This document shows, one piece after another, positions 23,810-36,620 of a stretch of 64,000 nt of DNA. Made by a program: the position numbers and the translations under genes. The notes under the pieces were generated by a model that ran no database searches, was not told the DNA's origin, and saw only the letters and a list, made by a program, of their open reading frames with translations. Every line of letters begins with the position of its first letter. The first letter of the stretch is position 1. Origin of the DNA: Octopus sinensis (Eukaryota); NCBI RefSeq assembly GCF_006345805.1, contig NC_043022.1, forward strand, positions 930,001-994,000, written 5' to 3'.

Positions 23810-25030
23810 CTGGCTTTGGAGAACCTAATTTGCAGAATTCTAGATTACATCACTTCATTCATTCGGAGTTCACCATTTCTACCCCTTAATTGTGAATCCT
23901 TACAATTTGTCCGTGACTCTTCCTTCTGAACTTGTCTTCCCTTAGCCCATCTTCTATTCTTCTTCCGTTCTCCTTCCTTTTCCTTTTCTTCACTGTCACC
24001 CACACCTACACCTACGCTCACACCTTCTCAAACAAAGGTGGGGCAGTGGTGGTGTGATGTGCAGTCCTATACAGGGAGGAAGCACTCAGTCAGCTTCGAA
24101 ACCCCCCTCTTTTATCACCTCCCCCCTCCGACCCCACTCCCTCCACCACCCATGACCTCATCACCTCTTCTGCCCTCCCCCCTCATTACCCAAACACCCT
24201 GCACCTCCACCATCTATTTTCTTCCCAAAATACACAAACTCCGCAACGCTGCCCCCCCCCCATTGTTTCCGTCTGTAACTGCCCCACAGAACTCATCTCA
24301 AAATAGCTTGACCTCATCCTGTCCCTTTTAGTTGTTGCCCTCCCATCCCATATACATGACACCAACCACGCCCTTCATCTCTTCAATTCCTTCTCCTTCA
24401 CTTCTGAACACTTCACCTTCACCATCAAATCCCTGTATACGGTGATCCCCCACTTTTTCTCCTCCCATCCTTTCCACACCAAAGGGGCCGTCCTCTACTC
24501 CCAGTTCCTCTCCCTCCAATGCCTGAGCAGCCGGAACCAGGATTTTGAGAGCCAGTCCCAGTACCTGGCCCGCTTGGTCATGCATCATGAATACCCATCC
24601 ACCCTTGTCCAAATTGCCCTTACCCACACTTGTCTAATCAATGGCACCACTGCCCTCTCCTTCCCTAACTGAATCCCTTTCCCCTCCTTTTCCACCCCTT
24701 TGTCAGGGGATCCTACAGGCCTTCTGTCACCTCCAGCTAGATTCTACCACCCTCTTTATTTTCCCCAACCCACCTTTACCCTCCTTTCAACACACCTGTA
24801 ACCCACATGATCTACTGGTCCATAGCACCCTCCTCCCTCCATTCTAACCCAACCTGGATCCTTCCCTTGCCCCAGATCCCATTACTACGCCTGGCCTTTC
24901 ATCACTGACACTACCTCCCTCAGTGGACCCAACCTGCACACCCTCCACATTAGGAACTCCTTCTCTTGCACTTCTTCCAACCTTATTTACTGCATCAGGT
25001 GTAATCTCTGCAATGGCCATTTTGCAGTTC
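23810..25030 (+). mobile_element. Penelope-like element remnant (RT + GIY-YIG linker), internally deleted
   Basis: TSTIYFLPKIHK.../IVSVCNCPTELIS*LDLILSLLVVALPSHIHDTNHALHLF...IKSLYTVIPH, jumping to SSHPFHTKGAVLYSQFL...YPSTLVQ and PGSFPCPRS...FSCTSSNLIYCIRCNLCNG; contains frameshifts and stops. Confidence 0.85.
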
Positions 25031-25120
25031 AAATATATCCCCAAAATTTGAACGAACCTAAAAATTTTGTTTAATTAATGTTTCTGACTAATTAATTGTT
25101 ACATATTTATTCTCTTCCAG

Positions 25121-25192
25121 GAGTTTCCAGTTCTTTCATCAACAATGGCCACTTCATTTTTGGCAACTATTGGAGGTCTTGCCCAAGACCAG
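25121..25192 (+). CDS. MRPL44: MRPL44 coding exon F (72 nt)
   Basis: ctcttccag|GAG...CAG|gtaagt; EFPVLSSTMATSFLATIGGLAQDQ, compared with human [24 protein letters not shown]; phase 0-0. Confidence 0.93.
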
Positions 25193-26751
25193 GTAAGTAA
25201 CCATCATCATTGTCATCATCATCATTTAACATGCGTCTCCCATGCTGGCATGAGTTGGATGCTTTGACAGGAGCTGGCAAGTTGGAAGTCTGTGCCAGGC
25301 TCCAGTTGTCCATTATGTTATGGTTTCTATGGCTGGAAGCCCTTCCTAATGTCACTTCACAGAATGGACTGGGTGCTTTTCACGTGTGCCTCAATAGTTG
25401 CACTTTACATCATCATCATCGTTTAACATTCGTTTTCCATGCTAGCACGGGTTGGACAGTTCGACCGGGGTCTGGGAAGCCAGGAGGCTGCACCAGGCTC
25501 TAGTCTGATCTGGCAGAGTTTCTACGGCTGGATGCCCTTCCTAACGCTAACCACTCCGTGAGTGTAGTGGGTGCTTTCTACGTGCCACCGGCACAGGTAT
25601 CACAACTACAATTTCCAAGGCACTGACACAGATCCTTTCTACATAGCACAGGTGCTTTCTACATGGCACCAGCACAGGTGTTTCTTATGTGGCACCAATA
25701 CAGGTGCCTTTTAAATGACACCAGTGACCCACAGGGTCGTCAAGTGGCATGCAAGACAAGGACGGAGAAGATGGGTAAAACATTTTAGAAGCATTTCAAT
25801 GCCGATGTTGTTGTTGTTTTGCTCCAGGTTATCCCTGATCCAATTGATTCTAGGGTCAAAGGTATTCCTTTCATTTTGGGGAGGCTTTTCAACAGACAAC
25901 CTCTCGCTCTACACTCTCTTAACTCTTCAGCATTTGTCTCACTCTGACAAATGTAATGCTTATTACTTCACATAGCTTTGAATTAATTCTGTGTTGTGTC
26001 ACAATGTCAAAACTTCAATGATGGCGTGGTTTATTTTTATTATGACTTTGTAGAATATACTCTCTCTTTTACTTGTTTCAGTCATTTGACTGTGGCCATG
26101 CTGGAGCATCACCTTTTAGTCAAGCAAATCGACCCCAGGACTTATTTTTTGTAAGCCTAATACTTATTCTATCGGTCTCTTTTGCCGAACCGCTAAGTTA
26201 AACACACCAGCATTGGTTGCCAAGTGATGTTAGGGGGGACAAAAACAGACAAAAACAGACACACAACTACACTATTTACACCTGGATAGCTGAATAAGAT
26301 TGTTGTTTTGTGGGTAATTAATCTCACCTTTACAGATTAAATAACACCATCATCATAATCATCATCATCAATTTATTCACACTGTTTCAATCAGTTTCGT
26401 CTCAAATTATCATCGGGTGTCTTATTCCTGGATATGTAACACAAGACCATCGCCGTCATCGTCATCATTGCCATCACCACCATCGTCATCATAACCATCA
26501 TCGTTTTATCTTCATTGACCGCAACATCAAAAGATGACCCGTGACATACAAAAGATGTGGTAGGGTTACAGCGATCAATAGGAAGAACAATAACAACAAG
26601 AATATAACAACTTTGTTTTTGTATTTGGTTTGCAAGATTCTTGATGTGAATCCGGGTGCGGAAACAAATTTTGTAGTGTCTTGGGACGGTCATTACTCCA
26701 ATAATAAACACACACTGGTTAAGAATCACTTCTTTATTGTTAGTCAACCAG

Positions 26752-27356
26752 TTAACTCTTTAGCATTTAAACCAGCTATATCCATCCAAAATATTCTACC
26801 TGTTTTATGTTAAAACTAGCCAGATCCTACATCTCCAACCTACCCTACAATACCATTGAAATCTCAGAGCTACAAGACAATGATTAATTAATTGAAAACA
26901 ATATAGATGAATAAGTATTATATTTGACAGAGTAATCTAAATGCTAAAGAGTTGAATCAACCATATTTGGCCCAAATATTTTCCCTGTTTTATGTTCAAA
27001 CAGACTAGATCTGGCTTCTCACACCTGCCTTACAATGTCATTCTAAAAGCAGGCAATCCACATCATTGAAACCTCGGTGCCACAAGATGATGCATGATTA
27101 ATTCAAAACAATGTGGATAAATAAGGATTACATTTGATAAGAGTAACCTGAATGCTAAAGGATTAAACCAACCATATCCCATCCAAATATTTGATCCTTC
27201 CTTATATTTAAACCAGCCAGATTTGGCTTCTCACACCTACCCTTTATAAACAATCACATCATTGAAATCTCAAAGCTACAAGATAATCCATGAATAATTC
27301 AAAACTATGTGAATAAATTAGGGTTTGACAAAATAATCTGAATGCTAAAGGGTTGA
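26752..27356. mobile_element. Triple tandem array of the piggyBac-like TTAA MITE
   Basis: One left TIR (26752), then three bodies each ending AATGCTAAAGRG/ATTRA at about 26955, 27166 and 27356. Confidence 0.8.
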
Positions 27357-27474
27357 ATATATTTATTAAGCAATATTGATGATGATGATGCAGTTGAAAC
27401 TTCATTTTGAAGTTTGGTTTTTCTTGCTCCTGTGGGTCAGTGACGATGGTGATCAAAGTAATGTTCTTTTGCAG

Positions 27475-27623
27475 GGTGTCAGACGAGCCGAGCGGTTTGT
27501 GAACCATTTCATTCTTCCTCACCTTATCGACAAAGACATCAATGACCTGTGGCAGATAGATAATCCTATGGGTCTCTTGAAGTCCATTCTTCTTCAGAAC
27601 AAGAGAGGACCACCAGAACCAAG
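27475..27623 (+). CDS. MRPL44: MRPL44 coding exon G (149 nt)
   Basis: ttttgcag|GGT...CCAAG|gtattg; GVRRAERFVNHFILPHLIDKDINDLWQIDNPMGLLKSILLQNKRGPPEP(R), compared with human FIRDFL...MWKIINPMGLL...APESR. Confidence 0.96.
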
Positions 27624-28318
27624 GTATTGTAGCCAAAACATCTTCCTTTCTCATCGGATGACCTTCCACCTCTGCCAATCCTTATTTCTAAGCCTGCTTA
27701 TCCTTGTGTCTCCTGAGCCCTTGGTTTTATGTCCTCTCCCACCACCACCACCACCACCACACATACACTTCACCTTCCCTTCCCCCTTGAACTCCTCCCC
27801 TTTCCTTTTAGCTTTGCTTTGAAGCTCTCCCTCTCCAATTCTGCTCTTCCCCTCTTCCCTCCTTTATTGTTCTCCTCCTACCCCAGCTCATACCATGTCT
27901 TATTCTCTCAAACTCCTCCCCTTGTCTCCGCCTTTCAAGGTACCATGCTGTGGGACAGAAGTCGGAAACCTGTGGTTGGAAACCAGCTTTCTTGCTACAC
28001 AGCCTCTGCTTCTCAAAGGATTGTTTGTATGGCAGAGAGTCTGGATTCACTGGGCAATGGTGCTTCACATCTGCCTCAACCAATTCTGTCTGATCTGTGC
28101 GAAAGCAATTAGGATAATGATATATACCTATGCATGTATGTATGTGTGTGTTTATGCACTAGCGTGGATAGAGTGTGTGCTGCACAGAGCAGCCCTTCTG
28201 TTTGCCAACCCTGGACCCCACAAAAAAACACATTGCCTACAGCAGACCCAATAGTGCTTCTCCTTTAAGACTGCCCCTACCACCCTGCCCCTTAGCTATG
28301 CTAATGTGTGTATGTGTG

Positions 28319-28350
<32 letters not shown>

Positions 28351-30503
28351 CTGCACCAGACTCTAGTCTGGTTTGGCGTGGTTTCTACAGCTGGATGCTC
28401 TTCCTAATGCCAACCACTCCAAGAGTGTAATGGGTGCTTTTTACATGCTACTGGCACAGGTGCCATTTGCGTGACGACTGCAATTTCACTTGGTTTGATT
28501 GGTCTTCTTCTCAAGCGCGACATAATAACAAAGGTCTCGGTCATTCCTCATTGCCTCCATATATATATATATATATATAGTTGGAATTTACAAAGAAACA
28601 AGATGAAAACAAGTGTGTAAACAACAAATAGGTATGTTAGTTTAACGCTTGAGAAGGTGATATATATATATATATAGATAGATATATATATATTGTAAGA
28701 AGTCAAAGGAATGTAAATATCAAGACAGTTATCTATAAAGTACTCAGTGTTAAACAAACTTGGTCAACTGTATCCAACCATCAGACACCAATAAACGGAA
28801 GTAGAATTAACATTTTCAGATATATTAATTTGACTAATATTTTTATGTATCTAAATATGTTGACACAACGGAAACAATTGTCCGTATCGTTTTTCTCCAT
28901 TCTTATTTCTGTTGCGTCATCATCGTTTAAGATCCGTTTTCCATGCTGTAATGGATTGAATGGTTTGACTGAGGACTGGTGAGCCAGGAGGCTGCACCAG
29001 GCTCCAACCTGATCTGGCACAGTTTCTACAGCCAGATGCCCTTCTTAAGACCAACCACTCTGTGAGTGTAGTGGGTTCTTTTTACATGCTACTGGCACAG
29101 GTGCCAGTCAGGTGGCACTGGTATCAGCTATGCTTGAATGGTGCTTTTTACATGCCACTGGCACAGGTGCCAGTCAGGCAGCACTGACATCAGCCATGAC
29201 TACGATTCCACTTGGCTCAACAGGTCTTCTCAAGCACAGCATATTGCCCGACGAGTGGAGGGTACTTTTAACTGGGCCAGTTGTGCAACACTAGCATTGA
29301 CCACAGCTACAATGTCATATGTGCACACTAACACTGCACATCCAACGGTGCACACGAGCTTCATTACTTTCGAGCCATCATGTATCCTCTGCATTCACAG
29401 CCCATGTTGCACTGCCATGTAGCATGGCTGTTCATGCTCCATGTTTGTTTTAGCATGGTTTCTACAGCCGGATGCCCTTCCAGATGCCAACTATTCTACA
29501 GAGTGTACCGGGTGCTTTGATGCAGCACCAGCAACAGAGCATTTTCAGGGCACAGGTGTTGGCACTTTTTATGTGGCACCAGCACTCACAAGCCTGCAAG
29601 ATTAGGGATGCTCGGCTGAATGGACTGGAGCAGTGTGAAATGAAATGTTTTGCTCAAGAACACAACGTGTTGCTCCATCCAGGAATTGAACCCACAATCT
29701 TACAATCATGAGTTCACCAACCTAACCACTAAGCCACATGACTCCACTGCTCCTCAATGCCGTAGCTGCACTAATTAGACGAGTCATTTACGTAGCATTA
29801 TTCATTATCATTGGAGCATTGAGAGTAAATTTCTTTTTTAAAGCACAGTCTAATTAACACACGGAAACATCGTTAACTACCGTTAAAAAATGTTTTGAAA
29901 ATAAATGACTCAGGGATATTTTTATGTACAAACAAATCCCTCCTCCCACCACCCCCATTGCCAGAAAACATGAAGAGATAGTGGAGGAGGAGGAGGAGGA
30001 GGGCTCTAAGATACTGGACTGGAAAAGTAACCTCAGCATTGATTTAACATCAAAAGTCTATCCTGTACTTTCAGGTTCAATCCCTCAGCTCAGCACCTTG
30101 TGTAAGTGGAATATAAAATATTCACAGATTCACATGTACATGCGTGCACACATATTATACCTTTTATCTTTTACTCATTTCCATCATTAGACTGCGGCCA
30201 TGCTGGGGCACCGCCTTGAAAAATTTCAGTCCAGTGAACCAATGCCCAATACTTATTCTATCAGTCACTTTTGCTGAACCAATAGGTTACAGGGATGTAA
30301 ACACACCAACACCAGTTGGTCAAGCAGAGGAGTGCACCCAACACCACTGCCTGTTTTGCCATGGTTTTTATGGCTGCATGCCCTTCCTACACCAACCACT
30401 TGACAGAGTGTCCTGGGTGCTTTTTATGTGGCACCAGCACTGGAAGGGTCTGTTTTAGCTAGGTTTGCAATGTTTTACCAAAAAGGAGAATTATAATTGT
30501 CAT

Positions 30504-30702
30504 TAAATGTGACCAGGGTGTTAGGAAACACCTACATTGCTAGAAAGAAGAGCTAAACCACTCTACTACTGCAGTTAATGCACATGAATGAAAACATATG
30601 CACTAACAGGGACCATAACTGTCCCTGTTAACTACAAGATTAGAGCGGTTTAGCTCTTATTTCTAGCAATATAGGTGTTATCTAACACCCTAGTCACATT
30701 TA
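30504..30702. mobile_element. MITE with about 60-bp TIRs and an internal 10-bp hairpin
   Basis: TAAATGTGACCAGGGTGTTAG... and ...CTAACACCCTAGTCACATTTA; inner TAACAGGGAC/GTCCCTGTTA (30604-30630). Confidence 0.75.
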
Positions 30703-31310
30703 GTGAGAATTATCTATATATATATATATGGGTGTGTGTGTATCATCATCATCATCATCATTTAACATCTTTTGTCCATGCTGGCATGGGTTGGACGGTT
30801 TGATCAGGGCTGAGAGGCTGCACCAGACTCCACTTTGATTTGGCATGGTTTCTACAGCTGGATGCCCTTCCTGATGCCAACCAACCACTCCAAAAACATA
30901 ATAGGTGCTTTTTACATGCGACCAGTACAGGTGTCATTCACATTACACCGGTTGTTTTGAATTAATCCTGTATTATCTCATGAGATAATATTGAGATTTC
31001 CGTGTTGCGATTGTTTTTTTTAGAGTGACATTGCAGGGTAGGTATAAGAAGCCAAATCTGGTTGGTTTGATCGTAAAATATTCAGAGTATTTGGGCTAAA
31101 TGCCTGCTAGCTCAAAATTAATGGATTATCTATTCCCAAGTCATCAACCAAAGGATTAATAGTTCACAACCCATTTACAGTACCCTTGAGCATTTAAACC
31201 AGCCATATCCACCCCAAATATTCTATTTTACGATCAAACCGATCAGATTTGGCCTCTCATACCTCCCCTGCAATGTCACTCTAAAAACAAACCATAATAA
31301 TAATAAAGAT

Positions 31311-31626
31311 TTTATTTATTTATGCGCCCTTTTTCAAGCCTAGCCAGGCTCATGGACCCAGTTTCCCAGTTTCTGTGACGTATGTGTTCCCCCCCAGCTG
31401 GACAGGACGCCAGTTCATCGCAACGTTACTCAAGAAACAGGAAGAAAGAGTGAGGGAAAGTTAAGGCAAAAGAGTACAACAGGGGTCGCCACCACCCCTT
31501 GCCAGAGCCTCGTGGAGCTTTAGGTGTTTTTGCTCAATAAACACACACAACGCCCGGTCTGAGAATCGAAACCGCAATCCTCTGACTGCGAGTCTGCTGC
31601 CCTAACCACTGGGCCATTGCACCTCC
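31311..31626 (-). mobile_element. SINE family D (tRNA head, GCGATGAACTGGCGTCCTGTCCAG block, (AAAT)n tail), full length
   Basis: A-box TGGCCCAGTGG and B-box GGTTTCGATTC on (-); same head as 63901-64000. Confidence 0.85.
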
Positions 31627-32440
31627 ACAATAATAAAGACATTTCAAGAAAATATCCCAGAGACCCAGTCCACTCAACTGTAGACATGTACCATGGGAAA
31701 GATATAGTTTCTTTTGACTAGGTTCTGGGGTCTGTATTTTCACAGGAGTTGGATCTCTTGTTGCCCTGAGTACATGAAGGGCAAAATCAATTCTGGTCAT
31801 ATCTGAACTCAAAACTTCAAAGAGCGTCATCATCATTGTCATCGTTGTTTAATGACCACTTTCCCATGCATGGGTTAGGCGGAAATTGCTGGGGTAGATT
31901 TCCTGGGACCAGATGCCATCTCTGTTGCCAACCCTCACTTTGTTTCCAAGTAATGGAATATTTCCCCCAAGATCTGACACCTTTCTACAGAATGAGTGAC
32001 ACTCAGTTACAACCGTCACATCGCGTCAAGGTAAAGAGACAGTAACACACACAGGTATGTACATACATGCATACAGACATATATATATAGACACAGGAGT
32101 GGCTATGTGGTAAGTAGTTTGCTTACCAACCACATGGTTCTGGGTTCAGTCCCAATCTATGGTATCTTGGGCAAGTGTCTTTTACTATAGCCTCTAGCTG
32201 ACCAAAGCCTTGTGAGTGGATTTGGCAGACGGAAACTGGAAGAAGCCCATCATATGTATATATATATGTGTGTGTGTGTGTATATTTTTGAGTGTCTGCG
32301 TTTTTCCCCCTACCTTCACTTGACGAATGTTGGTGTGTTTACATCCCAATAACTTTGTGCTTCAGCAAAAGAGACCGATAAAATAAGTACTAGGCTTACA
32401 AAGAATAAGAATAATATATATATGTATGTATGTATGTATG

Positions 32441-32655
32441 AATGAAAGAGGCATTAAATACTAAAAAAAACATACATGGAGGACAGACCCAGAAGGACCC
32501 TAATTCTTGTTCAGTTATCAACCGAAAAATTAATACTCAGTTTCATGCCCTTAATGAAACTGTGTATTAACATTTGGGTTGATAACTGAAGAAGGATTAG
32601 GGCCCTTCTGTCTGCCCTATCTGTACGTTTTTTAGTATTTAATGCATTTTTCATT
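32441..32655. mobile_element. Fold-back element (about 105-bp arms, 7-nt loop)
   Basis: Arms 32441-32546 and 32554-32655 are reverse complements with scattered mismatches. Confidence 0.75.
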
Positions 32656-32899
32656 TATTGAGTAACTGAATGCCACACATCCCGACATTTGTGAACAATA
32701 AGTTTGTGTGTTTGTGTGTGTGAAGGCGCATGGCTCAATAGTTAAGGTATTGCACTTACGATTGTGGGTTCGATTCCCAGACCAGGTATTGCATTGTGTT
32801 CTGGAGCAAAGCACTTCATTTCAGGTTGTTCTGTGATCATTTCGTCATCTGACATGTGGCACCTGTACAGGTAATGTCAATATGATGGCAGGAGTGAGC

Positions 32900-33062
32900 T
32901 TCTGTGGACACAAACATTTGCATTTACAATAAAAGAAATATATACAAATTATAAAAATAATTTTTAAAATATACAGTACTGTTTCTACTTTACAGATTTT
33001 CACCTGTTGCAGGCAGGGTTTTGGAATGTAACACCTGGAATAGTCAAGGGATGGATTACTGT
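32900..33062 (-). mobile_element. Tigger/pogo-like MITE end
   Basis: Reverse complement of the left end of 37914-38182. Confidence 0.45.
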
Positions 33063-33088
33063 GTGTGTGTGTATGTGTGTATACATAC

Positions 33089-33127
<39 letters not shown>

Positions 33128-34032
33128 TGGCAGATTTCTTTCAGTTTTCTTCTACCAAATCTACTCAGTGATCAGTTCAGAGCTATAGTAGAAAACACTT
33201 GCCCAAGGTGCAGCACAATGAGACTGAACCCAGATCCATGTGATTGAGAAGCAAACCTGTAACCCCACGGCCATACCTGTGCCTAATCACTATATTTAAG
33301 TCTGGTCATTTTCATTGTGACACTCACCTGGATATCAAAATGAAGTTGCTTGCTGTCTTTGTTATGGAGAGTTTACCTTTATACTCAATTCTCCATTGCT
33401 GAGTAATTGAATGGATGAGTAATTTCAATGTACTCAGCTGAATTATACTCATTGGTTTCATTCATAAGTGTTCTAATTGTTTGATCAACAACACTTACCG
33501 ACCTGGAATTTGGCTGCTATTTCTAGCAAATCTAGCTACTGAATATAGGCTCTCAGAGTCAAGTTTGGTGATTGAATATACCTTCTCCCTGCTTCAGTTC
33601 CTTAAAACAAATTGGTTGCCCTTATTCATTTCTTCCTTAACCCTTTAGCATTCATTCAGGCCAGATCTGACCTCTTACACCTACCCTACAATGTCACACT
33701 AAGCATAGAAAATCACTAAGCTATGATGTAAAACCCATCAACAGATGTGTAGTGCTCACTATTAAATGGTGTTTTACTATAAACACCAATCATTCCACCT
33801 ATAAAGCAAGCTACAGTAAGGCAGCCACACAATTTTGTAACAGTGTTATTTCTATGTACAGGATAACAGAGTACCTTGACTCACAAATGTTGTCTTGTTG
33901 TTCGGGAAATACTAGGGTCAACTTCTATACGGGGTCAATGGAAAATACCCAATTTTTTGCCCCAAAATAGGGGCTTGACTTTTACATGAGATCAACTGTT
34001 ACTCGAACATGTACATTATATATATATATATA

Positions 34033-34415
34033 CGAGCAAAACGCCCTCCATCCAATGGACGGTGCTGAGTTGTCAAACATTTAAACCAAATTTTCTCAAA
34101 GCAACTTGTCCGACCGTCCCATAGGCCTCCCCTTTGAGAAACACTGATTTAACCTAAATTTGAGACATCTTGCATTTTTCTCGCGTACGCGTGGTATCGA
34201 TCGCAACAGCTTTATGTACTTGCGCATACAAATGCACATTCCCATGGCTTTATCGATCGCATTCTCACCTGGAATCGATTTTTGTAATTTTTTCAAGACT
34301 TATACACACCCTGACACCGTTGGTATCTACATATCAAATTTGAGCGCAATCAGATGGAGGATGCCCAAGATCCTAGAAGACACACAGACAGACGGAACGG
34401 GTTTTATATAATAGA
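34033..34415 (-). mobile_element. Non-autonomous Helitron (second family)
   Basis: On (-): A|TCTATTATATAAAA...GC-rich subterminal hairpin...CTCG|T (CTAG-like end). Confidence 0.6.
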
Positions 34416-34704
34416 TATATGTATGCATGTTTGTATGTATGTACATATGTATCATCATCATCATCATCATTCAACATCTGTTGTCCGTGCTGGCATGGGT
34501 TGGATGGTTTGACCAGGGCTGGTAAGCTGAGGGGCTGCACCAGACTCCAGTCTGATTCGGCATGGTTTTCTATGGCTGGATGCCTTTCCTAACGCTAACC
34601 AGTCCAATGTGGATAAATAAGCATTACATTGCATTACATTGGATGGAATAATCTAAATGCTAAGCAGTTAAGTTAAAATAAAACCTCATGAATTTCTATT
34701 TCAG

Positions 34705-34787
34705 ACTCATCCACCAGTCAGCCTCACAGACAATTATGTCTCTCTACTGGGTGGCCATCTATAGTGACAAAGAGATGATTGGCAAAG
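34705..34787 (+). CDS. MRPL44: MRPL44 coding exon H (83 nt, dsRBD)
   Basis: atttcag|A...AAAG|gtaagc; LIHQSASQTIMSLYWVAIYSDKEMIGK, compared with human [27 protein letters not shown]. Confidence 0.95.
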
Positions 34788-35809
34788 GTAAGCAACTCGT
34801 TATCTACCTATCTGATTGTTTCTCTGTCTGTCTGTATATCATCATCATCACCATCATCATCATTTTATTGTCCACTTTCCCATGCTTGCATAAAAATAAA
34901 GTTACCTTATGTTGACTCATAAAGGCCAGTTTCATGGCCCTTAATTCCCCACTTTGACTGCAGGTGGGGGACACTAGTCCATCGCAGGATTACTTAGTTT
35001 TTGAGCAAAAATGAAATGAAGTGTCTTGCTCAAGAACACAATGCATCACCTCGTCCAAGAATTGAAACCACAATCTCACGATAATGAGTCTGACACCCTA
35101 ACCACTAAACCACACGCCCCCACTCCATGCTTGCATGCATCATACAGAATTTGTTGAGGCAGACTTTTGACAGCCGGATGCCCTCCCTATCACCTGCCCT
35201 CACTTGTTTCCAGTCGAAGTAATATCCCCCCCCCTTCCTTGGTCAGGCACATTTTTCACTGAAGACTGGAAACAAACAACACTGCTTGTATAACAGTGAA
35301 GCTTCTTTACAATCATCATGTGATGCTAAGACAAGGGTGCCCTGTTTGATCAGAGCTGACCTCAGCTTAACATTTTAGTCATATCCAGCCTAAGTAATCA
35401 TCCTGGTTTATCTTCAACCTCGCCAGATCTGGCCTGTCACACTTACTCTACAATATTATTCTTAATATAAGCAAACACGTCATTGAACTCTCAAAGCTAC
35501 AAAGTGATGCATGACAAATTCAAATCAGTGCGAATAAATAGGCATTACATTTGACAGAGAAATGATAACTGAAGAGAAAATGAACCAACGAAAGAACCAT
35601 TTTCTATTCAATCAACCAGCTAGAAATAGCAGCTAAGTATTACTGAAATCATATCCTAACATCTAAAAAATTTTTTTAAAAAAAGGCTACATTGAATGAA
35701 GTAATTCTACCTGCATTATGTTTGAGTAAAAGCCGAGATGGAATGTAATTTGACCAAAAGGTCTGCTTGATCTGACATGACCTGGGGTTAAATGACAACT
35801 TTAGAAAGA

Positions 35810-36500
35810 AGATGGTGGTGGTGGTGGTGGTAACAACAGCAACAGTAGTAGTATTTCATTGGTGGTGGCCATGGTGGTTAGGATTGGTGATGTACTTTTC
35901 TGATGAGGATGGTTTGTGCGAATTTTTTTAATCTTGATTCTTGTTTTACTTTTCTGGGGAAGTTTTTTGGGTTGCCCCCCTCCCCTTTGTGAGCAGAAGG
36001 TAAAACATTTGGTTGGCAGCAAGAGTGGGTGTAACGAGTATGATTGTAGATGCAGAGGGTTTCATCTTGGCATTGGGGTAGGGCTTTGGGGTGCAGTGAG
36101 TGAAGGAAGGTCGAGCGAGGGTGGCGTTTACCAGGTTGGGTCGATGATGGTGTCATTGTTGTTGGCGTTACATCATCATCATCATCATGTTGGTCATGAG
36201 TGGTCTATGCTGGAATGATGATGATCTAACGTAGGTGTGTGTAAGAGACGTGGGGGCACGGGCATCATGTGATGCAATCTTAGATGATTGAACCAGTGGG
36301 GGGGGTGGAGGAGGGGAGAAAATACTATAACAGCTTTTGTGTGGTGGTGGTGGTGGTTGATTGGCTGTGGTAGAAGTAGCAGCGGCGATGGTGGTGGTGG
36401 TGCTGGTGCTAGCAACAGAGGGTGATGATGTTGGTGGTGGTGGTGGTGATTAGATAACTCACTTCCTCATCCACAGTCTCCTCCTCCTCCTCTTCCTTCC
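35810..36500. repeat. (GGT)n/(GAT)n/(CAT)n low-complexity region
   Basis: Trinucleotide runs around a G-rich segment. Confidence 0.75.
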
Positions 36501-36583
36501 CCCAGCCCCACCTCCTTTCCTCTGTCTGAAAATGCCTTTTGAGCTGCTGGCAATTTTGTATAAAGGCCAAGTCTATTATTCAT

Positions 36584-36620
<37 letters not shown>

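Noticed and set aside
35870-36170. Possible Penelope linker remnant on the minus strand (NLVNATL)
   Set aside because: Too degenerate to support.
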